Virus record (IMG/VR): IMGVR_UViG_3300044645_001661
Source of the DNA: a virus
Lineage: Duplodnaviria > Caudoviricetes
Direction: 5' to 3' (one strand)
Length of the DNA stretch: 64,000 nucleotides
Position 1 is the first letter of the stretch. Each line of letters begins with the position of its first letter. A model generated the notes under the pieces. It saw nothing but the letters and a program-made list of their open reading frames with translations, searched no databases and was not told where the DNA came from. Both the position numbers and the translations under genes were made by a program. Shown here in pieces: positions 48,366-55,009 of this stretch.

Positions 48366-49250
48366 ATGAAAGAAATAAATAAAAAAAATCTTTATACCGT
48401 TACTCCAAAAAGATTATTTACCTTTGGGTGTAGTTTTACTAAGTATGCTTTGGCAACATGGGCTAATATACTTGGATTTGAATTAAATAAAACTGTTGGT
48501 TGTGAATTTTATAATTTTGGTAAATGTGCATCTGGTAATGCATATATATCAAATATTATTTCGCAAGCAGATCAGTACTATAATTTTAATTTTGATGATC
48601 TTGTAATTGTTTGTTGGACAAGCATTACAAGAGAAGATAGATGGATAACTAATAAATGGGATTGTCCTGGTAACATATATTCACCAAATACAACATATGA
48701 TAAAATTATTGTTAAAAAAATAGCAGATAATATTCATTTTTTGATGAGAGATTTGTCAAATATAAAACTGGTGGATTCTTTATTAAAACATAAAACACAG
48801 TATCATTTTCTCTCGATAAAAAATCTATGTGATAGTAAATTACATGTTGATGTTAATTCTTTTAATAAATTAAAAAAAAATTATCAAAGTATAATTGATA
48901 AAATATATCCTAGTTATTATGAAGTTTTATGGGAAAATGATCTCAGAATAAAAAATATTAATGATAAACAAATTATACATAAGAATTATAAAGAAGGTCA
49001 TCCATTGCCATTAGAGCATTTATATTATTTGCATAATATATTTGATTATAATTTTTCAAATGATACTAAACTTATTGTGAAAAAAATTAATAATGAGTAT
49101 AAAAATTTAATTTTAGATTTATATTCTAATCAACATGAAGAGTGTCATCCAGCAGATCTTCCTAAAGAAAAACAAAAAAAATTTTATTTAGAATGTGAAA
49201 AGTTTTTTATATATAAGTCCAAAACGTTATCTGATCTAATAATTGTATAA
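48366..49250 (+). CDS. Hypothetical protein with SGNH-like N-terminus
   Basis: LFTFGCSFT, NFGKCASGN, GHP. Confidence 0.55.
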   Translation: MKEINKKNLYTVTPKRLFTFGCSFTKYALATWANILGFELNKTVGCEFYNFGKCASGNAYISNIISQADQYYNFNFDDLVIVCWTSITREDRWITNKWDCPGNIYSPNTTYDKIIVKKIADNIHFLMRDLSNIKLVDSLLKHKTQYHFLSIKNLCDSKLHVDVNSFNKLKKNYQSIIDKIYPSYYEVLWENDLRIKNINDKQIIHKNYKEGHPLPLEHLYYLHNIFDYNFSNDTKLIVKKINNEYKNLILDLYSNQHEECHPADLPKEKQKKFYLECEKFFIYKSKTLSDLIIV

Positions 49251-49266
49251 TATTTTACAAAAGAAC

Positions 49267-49295
49267 TTGACTATATAAGTCAATGGGTATATAGT
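49267..49295 (+). promoter_or_regulatory. Sigma70 promoter of the riboswitch locus
   Basis: TTGACT (49267-49272), 17 nt, TATAGT (49290-49295). Confidence 0.75.
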
Positions 49296-49302
49296 GTGCC
49301 CA

Positions 49303-49525
49303 CGTTCATTCGCTATTTGCGAATAGCGAACGGAAGTAAGCCGACTCGGAACGGATCGTTCATCTATGGAAGCACTCATCCTTACTTGCTTGCAAGCACA
49401 ACTGATTTCCACCCGAGTTTACAAAGCAGAGATGCCGAAACAAACTCGTAACGATCTTATTTGGGAGGTTAAACAAATCTCCCCAAAAGAGTGTAAAGTA
49501 GACGCAAAAGCCGACTGAAGGAACG
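49303..49525 (+). ncRNA. Tandem glutamine-riboswitch-like (glnA motif) aptamers
   Basis: Aptamer 1 (49303-49353): CGTTC-A-[9-bp hairpin]-CGGAAGT-AAG-CCGA-CT-CG-GAACG. Aptamer 2 (49357-49525): CGTTC-A-TCTAT..GTAGA-CGCAAAAG-CCGA-CT-GAAG-GAACG. Both lie upstream of a YRG-motif gene. Confidence 0.65.
49366..49518 (+). CDS. 50-aa ORF nested in aptamer 2 (missed by ORF track)
   Basis: MEALILTCLQAQLISTRVYKAEMPKQTRNDLIWEVKQISPKECKVDAKAD*, read by hand. Confidence 0.55.
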   Translation: MEALILTCLQAQLISTRVYKAEMPKQTRNDLIWEVKQISPKECKVDAKAD

Positions 49526-49556
49526 CTCTTTAGCCTCAAAATTAAGGAGAAACCTA

Positions 49557-49724
49557 ATGTCTAAAGTCGTATATCGTGGTGTTGAATATGACACCAATGA
49601 TCGTCCAAATCAAACTTTGAAAAGAGAACCTCATGTAGAAATCTATCGTGGAGCAATGTTCTGGGTAGATGAAAATGGAAACAAATTCTCCATGGAAAAG
49701 GTACAGGGAGGTAAAGCAAAATGA
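49557..49724 (+). CDS. 55-aa DUF4278-like protein (YRG motifs; family includes GS-inactivating factor IF17)
   Basis: MSKVVYRGVEYDT..IYRGAMF; AAGGAG RBS. Confidence 0.75.
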   Translation: MSKVVYRGVEYDTNDRPNQTLKREPHVEIYRGAMFWVDENGNKFSMEKVQGGKAK

Positions 49725-49822
49725 ATACTTACTTCGTTCGCTATCTTAAGAAAAAAGCAAAGAAGGAAAAACTTCTCAAAGATGCACAATTAAATATGGC
49801 AAAACAACCACAGATTGCATAA
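49721..49822 (+). CDS. 33-aa basic peptide
   Basis: MNTYFVRYLKKKAKKEKLLKDAQLNMAKQPQIA; ATGA coupling, GGAGG upstream. Confidence 0.6.
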   Translation: MNTYFVRYLKKKAKKEKLLKDAQLNMAKQPQIA

Positions 49823-49827
49823 TTTTT

Positions 49828-49865
49828 AAAGGAGGATTGACATCCTCCTTTTTTTTATGTAAAAT
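49828..49865 (+). terminator. Intrinsic terminator with an embedded sigma70 promoter
   Basis: AAAGGAGGAT-TGAC-ATCCTCCTTT plus T-tract; TTGACA (49837-49842), 17 nt, TAAAAT (49860-49865). Confidence 0.75.
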
Positions 49866-49886
49866 GAAAAAAAGATTTGAATCTTT

Positions 49887-50045
49887 ATGGACAAAGAAAG
49901 AATAAAATTAATCATTAGTAATATGGAATTATTAATTGATTCATTGAAGAAAGAAGTTCTTTTGGAAGATGTAGTTGAAGAACAACAATTTTCTTCATCA
50001 GTGTTTGGTGATTATGATGAAGTATTTGAAGAATATGATGATTGA
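49887..50045 (+). CDS. 52-aa acidic hypothetical protein (missed by ORF track)
   Basis: MDKERIKLIISNMELLIDSLKKEV..DYDEVFEEYDD. Confidence 0.6.
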   Translation: MDKERIKLIISNMELLIDSLKKEVLLEDVVEEQQFSSSVFGDYDEVFEEYDD

Positions 50046-50088
50046 TTTTATTACTTGGTAAATATTAATACAAAAAATTTTTAAATTT

Positions 50089-50841
50089 ATGAAACCTATT
50101 AAAGCAAAAGATTTACTCGAACTTGATAAAAGACTTGAAGTTGTAAAACTTCAAGGATATCCCATTCCTGAACAGGTAATATGGCAAGCAGGAAAAGGTG
50201 ATTACTCGGAAGTTCCAATTCATAACGTAAAAGTTCCCAGTCAGCAAGAGTGTGGGGAATGGATTGTTGAACAACTTCTTGCGAATGAGCGTGGGCATTG
50301 GGGTCCTCTAGAGCATCCTCAAATTACATTCTCTTGTTCTGGTTTTGTTCATAACGTAATTGTTCAAGCAAGAACTCACCGAATTGGAACTACTTGGGAT
50401 GTTCAATCGCAACGTTATACTGGTAAGCGTGTAGTTAAAGTTGCCAAGCGTGAACTTGATGTTGAAGAAGTCTTCTACGTTCGCCCTGAGGGGTTCTATA
50501 CTAATCGTAAAGGTAAGAAGTATGAATGGACTGCTGAGAACCGTCAACGCAAACTGGGGCGTATTCTGAGTGAGTGTGAAGAGTATGCTGAGTATTATGA
50601 TCAGGGAATGTGTGAAGAGCATATTCGTGATTATCTTCCCCAAGCAATTCGTCAGAACTTTGTAGTATCTTTTAATTTACGTTCTGTACTTCACTTTATG
50701 GATCTTCGTTCAAAACTTGATGCTCAACTTGAAATTCAAGCACTATGCGATGCATTTGCACCAGAACTTCAAAAATGGTCTCCAAGTGTTTGGCAATATT
50801 ATGAAGAAAAGCGTTTACACAAAGCAAGATTGTCACCCTGA
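50089..50841 (+). CDS. thyX: Flavin-dependent thymidylate synthase
   Basis: HWGPLEH, QARTHR..SQRY, EHIRDYLP, N.RS..HF.DLR. Confidence 0.9.
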   Translation: MKPIKAKDLLELDKRLEVVKLQGYPIPEQVIWQAGKGDYSEVPIHNVKVPSQQECGEWIVEQLLANERGHWGPLEHPQITFSCSGFVHNVIVQARTHRIGTTWDVQSQRYTGKRVVKVAKRELDVEEVFYVRPEGFYTNRKGKKYEWTAENRQRKLGRILSECEEYAEYYDQGMCEEHIRDYLPQAIRQNFVVSFNLRSVLHFMDLRSKLDAQLEIQALCDAFAPELQKWSPSVWQYYEEKRLHKARLSP

Positions 50842-50847
50842 GGAACT

Positions 50848-51006
50848 ATGAAAACCTGGTGTTTAAAAGACCATTTAACTGGTCATATATTTAAAGTCAT
50901 TTTTAGTGAAGATGAATTGAAAGAATATTTGAATAAAAATCCAGATATTTCTGAATGTATAGACTGTATTGAATGTGATGATGCTTCTACTATATTGATC
51001 GAATAA
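50848..51006 (+). CDS. 52-aa hypothetical protein (missed by ORF track)
   Basis: GAGGA RBS; MKTWCLKDHLTG..ECIDCIEC. Confidence 0.55.
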   Translation: MKTWCLKDHLTGHIFKVIFSEDELKEYLNKNPDISECIDCIECDDASTILIE

Positions 51007-51042
51007 AATTAAAATAAATATTACTGTAAATTAATGTAACTT

Positions 51043-51285
51043 ATGGCGATTTATCCTATCATTAATAACGAGACTGGGGAAAAAAAGATCATTGAGATGA
51101 GTGTACATGACATTACTCAATGGTATAAAGATAATCCAGAATGGACTAGAGATTGGTCTAAAGGATGTGCATCTTTTGGAGAAGTTGGAGAATGGAAAGA
51201 TCAACTTATTAAAAAACATCCTGGATGGAATGAAGTCCTAGAAAAAGCATCTAAAGCACCCAAGTCCCTTGTTAAGAAAATCTAA
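51043..51285 (+). CDS. Hypothetical protein preceding phoH
   Basis: MAIYPIIN.ETGE..W..DNPEW; stop overlaps the phoH start. Confidence 0.7.
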   Translation: MAIYPIINNETGEKKIIEMSVHDITQWYKDNPEWTRDWSKGCASFGEVGEWKDQLIKKHPGWNEVLEKASKAPKSLVKKI

Positions 51286-52043
51286 TGGCAAGAAGAAGAA
51301 GAACTGATGAGCATCAACCAATAGGTGTTGGTATGACTGCAAAACAAATGAAAAGAAAAAAACCTGTTAATACGGAATTACTTTTAGATATTGATCCTTT
51401 AACAGAGAATCAAAAAAAATTATTCTCTTCATATAGTGAAAGTAAAAATCTTGTGGCATATGGTGCTGCTGGAACTGGTAAAACATTTATCACTTTGTAT
51501 AATGCATTGAAAGATGTTTTAAAAGAACATTCTCCTTATGAAAAGATATACATCGTTCGTTCATTAGTTGCTACCAGAGAAATTGGATTTCTTCCTGGAG
51601 ATCATGAAGATAAATCTTCTCTGTATCAAATTCCTTATAAGAACATGGTTAAATACATGTTCCAACTTCCAAGTGATACTGAATTTGAGATGTTATATGG
51701 CAACTTAAAGACACAAGGAACTATAAGTTTTTGGTCAACATCATTTCTTCGAGGAACTACATTAGATAATGCCATTATTATAGTTGATGAATTTCAAAAC
51801 TTGAATTTTCATGAACTTGATAGTATAATTACTCGTGTTGGTGAAAATACAAAAATTTGTTTTTGTGGAGATGCGACTCAATCGGATCTTGTAAAAACAA
51901 ATGAGCGTAATGGTATTATTGATTTTATGAAGATTTTACGAGTAATGCCTTCTTTTGACATCATTGAATTTGGTGTAGAGGATATTGTTCGTTCAGGTCT
52001 GTGTAAAGAATATATTATTGCAAAAACTGAGTTAGGATTTTAA
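51285..52043 (+). CDS. phoH: PhoH-family ATPase
   Basis: GAAGTGKT, REIGFLPG, SFLRGTT, DEFQN, GDATQSD, DIVRSG. Confidence 0.95.
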   Translation: MARRRRTDEHQPIGVGMTAKQMKRKKPVNTELLLDIDPLTENQKKLFSSYSESKNLVAYGAAGTGKTFITLYNALKDVLKEHSPYEKIYIVRSLVATREIGFLPGDHEDKSSLYQIPYKNMVKYMFQLPSDTEFEMLYGNLKTQGTISFWSTSFLRGTTLDNAIIIVDEFQNLNFHELDSIITRVGENTKICFCGDATQSDLVKTNERNGIIDFMKILRVMPSFDIIEFGVEDIVRSGLCKEYIIAKTELGF

Positions 52044-52723
52044 TGTTTAAACATATTGAATTGGATCTCCCCAAATTAGAACGGGAGAATATAGATGGTG
52101 TTCGTTATTATAAAATACCTGATGGAAATGAACTTTTAAAATTATTTTCTATCACTTCAGTTACCAGTCATAAAAATCGCCAGTTCTTTGCTAACTGGCG
52201 TAAAAAAATTGGTGAAGAAAAGGCGGATAAAATTACTAAGCAGGCAACCAGTCGCGGGACTGATATGCACACTTTAGTTGAACATTATTTGATTAACGAT
52301 CAAGAACTTCCTAAAGTTCAACCTTTATCTGATTTCTTATTTAAAATTGCTAAACCAGAATTAAATAAGATAAATAATATTCATGCTCTAGAGTCTTCTC
52401 TTTACAGTAAAGTATTAGGTGTTGCGGGAACAGTAGATTGTATTGCTGAATTTAATGGAGAATTGGCAATAATTGATTTTAAAACCTCAAAAAAACCTAA
52501 ACCTAGAGAATGGATTGAACACTATTTTGTTCAATGTGTAGCATATGCATGTATGCTTTATGAGTTAACTGGAATTACCGTTAAAAAATTGGTAATCATT
52601 ATGTCTTGTGAAAATGGAGAATGTGTTGTTTATGAAGAATACGACAAAGAAAAATACATCAAACTACTCATACAGTATATTAGAGAGTTTGTTCAATACA
52701 AATTGGGAACATATGAAACCTGA
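52043..52723 (+). CDS. PD-(D/E)XK exonuclease (Cas4/RecB-like)
   Basis: SITSV, RGTDMH, AGTVDC..IIDFKTS, Q..AY. Confidence 0.85.
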   Translation: MFKHIELDLPKLERENIDGVRYYKIPDGNELLKLFSITSVTSHKNRQFFANWRKKIGEEKADKITKQATSRGTDMHTLVEHYLINDQELPKVQPLSDFLFKIAKPELNKINNIHALESSLYSKVLGVAGTVDCIAEFNGELAIIDFKTSKKPKPREWIEHYFVQCVAYACMLYELTGITVKKLVIIMSCENGECVVYEEYDKEKYIKLLIQYIREFVQYKLGTYET

Positions 52724-53003
52724 TAAACAAACAAAAAGTAATTTAGAACAAAAAGAATTTGAAAAAGTATTAGAAAATAAGTTTTTCTGTCCTACTAAAT
52801 TCGCACAAGAAATTGAAGCATTAGTTCATCATAATAATGATATGAATTATATTGATGCTATTATTCATTTTTGTGATAAAAATAGTATTGATTTAGAATC
52901 TGTTCCTAAACTTATATCTAAACCATTAAAAGAAAAAATTAAGTATGATGCAATGGAACTTAATTTCTTAAAAAGAACTTCCAGGGCTAAGTTAATTTTT
53001 TAA
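52713..53003 (+). CDS. gp33: Late-transcription coactivator gp33 (start 52713 preferred)
   Basis: F..EIE..V..NYIDAI..FC..ID.E...KL....LKEKI..DA..LNFL; position before gp59. Confidence 0.85.
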   Translation: MKPDKQTKSNLEQKEFEKVLENKFFCPTKFAQEIEALVHHNNDMNYIDAIIHFCDKNSIDLESVPKLISKPLKEKIKYDAMELNFLKRTSRAKLIF

Positions 53004-53018
53004 TTTTTAATTTATATT

Positions 53019-53609
53019 ATGACACCTTTTGATGTTTATAAAACATATCTTGCTTTAAAAAATCACTTTACTAAAGATAGTTACGACTATCATAAGTATT
53101 GTGGTAAAAGTAGAGCTACGCTACAATCCTTCTATAAAAGGAAGGATAGATATTGGTTTGAAAAATTATCTAGACAAAAGAGTGATCAGGAAGTTATAAA
53201 TTTTTTTGTTGCCAATTTTGTTTCTTGTGATGATCCTCAATCGTTATGGATTGGAGAAATAATTAGAGAAGGTGAAACTAGATACGTTGATTGGGAAAAA
53301 AAGAAACAATCCCTTTCATATCATTTTAAAGAACAGGTAAGTAATATATTTAATAAAAATAATTTTGATGAGATGTTTTTTGTAGAAGGATCATCTCATC
53401 CACAAATATTAAAGCAACATTTGCAAAATAATATCTCCTTAGAAACTTTTATTATACTTGATAAAATTTTTGGATTTGTAAAAGTTTTTGATAAGAAATT
53501 AAATGATCCTGTGTGGAAATTTATATCTGCTAGGATAAAAAAATATTCTTCGTTTCTAAATATTGATATATTTAAGTATAGAAAAATTTTAAAGGAGTGT
53601 GTATTATGA
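53019..53609 (+). CDS. gp59: Helicase loader gp59
   Basis: YLALKNHF..YDY.KY, F.KRKDRY.FEKL, ISLETF. Confidence 0.9.
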   Translation: MTPFDVYKTYLALKNHFTKDSYDYHKYCGKSRATLQSFYKRKDRYWFEKLSRQKSDQEVINFFVANFVSCDDPQSLWIGEIIREGETRYVDWEKKKQSLSYHFKEQVSNIFNKNNFDEMFFVEGSSHPQILKQHLQNNISLETFIILDKIFGFVKVFDKKLNDPVWKFISARIKKYSSFLNIDIFKYRKILKECVL

Positions 53610-53947
53610 GTTTTTTTGAATCAGATGTAGTTCGTGCAGAGATGGTAGAAATTTCTGAACTACAAGAAGATCTTTATAATAGTGTTTTTAAATTTTACCA
53701 AATGGATCATAAAGGTAAAATGCAACATGTTGATTTACTTCAAAGGTTATTGGATAAACAAAAAGTCTTATATACCAGATTATCTTTATCTGATGATCCA
53801 GAAGCAAAAAAGATGAAAGAAAATATATCAAAGTCTGCTGTTATGATGGGACTACCAGCAAATGTTGATATGAATGTGATCTTCACTAATATGCAAACTT
53901 TGATTGAAAAAATGAAAGAACAAATTGGTAAATTTGAAAACACTTGA
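53606..53947 (+). CDS. DUF1825-like cyanophage protein
   Basis: SFFESDVVRAEM, LLDKQK..YTRLSLSDDPEA. Confidence 0.7.
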   Translation: MSFFESDVVRAEMVEISELQEDLYNSVFKFYQMDHKGKMQHVDLLQRLLDKQKVLYTRLSLSDDPEAKKMKENISKSAVMMGLPANVDMNVIFTNMQTLIEKMKEQIGKFENT

Positions 53948-54007
53948 CATGGACGGGCATCTGCAATATATTGGTTTAGTGCCCACCGCAGATGCCCTAA
54001 CGGGCAC
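53944..54007 (+). promoter_or_regulatory. gp32 promoter and structured leader
   Basis: TTGACA (53944-53949), 17 nt, TATATT (53967-53972); inverted repeat 53955-53964/53988-53997; hairpin GTGCCC/GGGCAC. Confidence 0.6.
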
Positions 54008-54043
54008 CCAAAGGCCAAATCTAACTTAATCTGAGGTAATCTA

Positions 54044-55009
54044 ATGTCTTTTTCTGATCTTAAAAAACAATCTTCTCTTGGTTCTCTTACACAAAAACTT
54101 GTTAAAGAGATGGAGAAGATGAATACATCTTCTAATGGTGCTGATGATCGTCTCTGGAAACCAGAGATGGATAAGACTGGTAATGGGTACGCAGTTGTTC
54201 GATTCCTACCTTCTCCTGAAAGTGAAGATCTTCCGTGGGTAAAAATGTATGCCCATGGATTTCAAGGTCCTGGTGGATGGTATATTGAAAACTCGCTCAC
54301 TACTATTGGACAAAAGGATCCAGTTTCTGAATACAATCGTGAATTGTGGAACAGTGGTAGTGACAAAGATAAAGAAACTGTTCGTAAGCAAAAGCGTAAA
54401 CTATCTTACTACTCTAACATTTACGTAGTTAAGGATCCTGCAAATCCCGCCAATGAAGGTAAAGTATTTCTCTTCAAGTATGGTAAAAAAATCTTTGATA
54501 AGATTATGGCAGCAATGCAACCTGAATTTGAAGATGAGACCCCTATCAACCCCTTTGATTTTTGGCAAGGTGCAAACTTTAAGTTGAAAATCCGTAAGGT
54601 TGATGGTTACTGGAACTATGATAAGTCTGAGTTTGATCGCCCAGAACCTCTTCTGAATGATGATGAAGCAATGGAAGCAATTTGGAAAAAGGAATATTCC
54701 CTTAATCAATTGATTGCTCCGACCGAATTTAAAACATACGAAGAACTTGAAAAGCGTCTTAAGTATGTCCTTGGTCAAAAATCTGCTGCTCAACGTCCTG
54801 TTGATGAAGAGGTTGATGATGAAGACAACTCTCGCGGTTCTTATACTCCTAACTTTGAATCTCGTCGTCAGACTTCCGAACTTCCCGAAGACCTTAGTTC
54901 TCAACTAAGTTCTCTTTCTTCTAGTTCTTCTAGTTCTTCTAGTTCATCTTACGGTGAAGATGAGGATGATGATGCTATGAGTTACTTTCAAAAACTTGCA
55001 GAAAGTTGA
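54044..55009 (+). CDS. gp32: Single-stranded DNA-binding protein gp32
   Basis: DDRLWKP..DKTGNGYAV.RFLP, GKVFLFKYGKKIFDK, YDKSEF, acidic tail ending YFQKLA. Confidence 0.97.
   Translation: MSFSDLKKQSSLGSLTQKLVKEMEKMNTSSNGADDRLWKPEMDKTGNGYAVVRFLPSPESEDLPWVKMYAHGFQGPGGWYIENSLTTIGQKDPVSEYNRELWNSGSDKDKETVRKQKRKLSYYSNIYVVKDPANPANEGKVFLFKYGKKIFDKIMAAMQPEFEDETPINPFDFWQGANFKLKIRKVDGYWNYDKSEFDRPEPLLNDDEAMEAIWKKEYSLNQLIAPTEFKTYEELEKRLKYVLGQKSAAQRPVDEEVDDEDNSRGSYTPNFESRRQTSELPEDLSSQLSSLSSSSSSSSSSSYGEDEDDDAMSYFQKLAES

Noticed and set aside
51007-51285. Pho box upstream of the phoH operon
   Set aside because: The region is only AT-rich; I could not identify tandem PyTTAAPyPy(T/A) repeats with correct spacing.
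54917-54943. (TCTTCTAGT)x3 microsatellite giving a poly-Ser tract in gp32
   Set aside because: Ser-rich linkers before the acidic tail are an ordinary feature of gp32 proteins.
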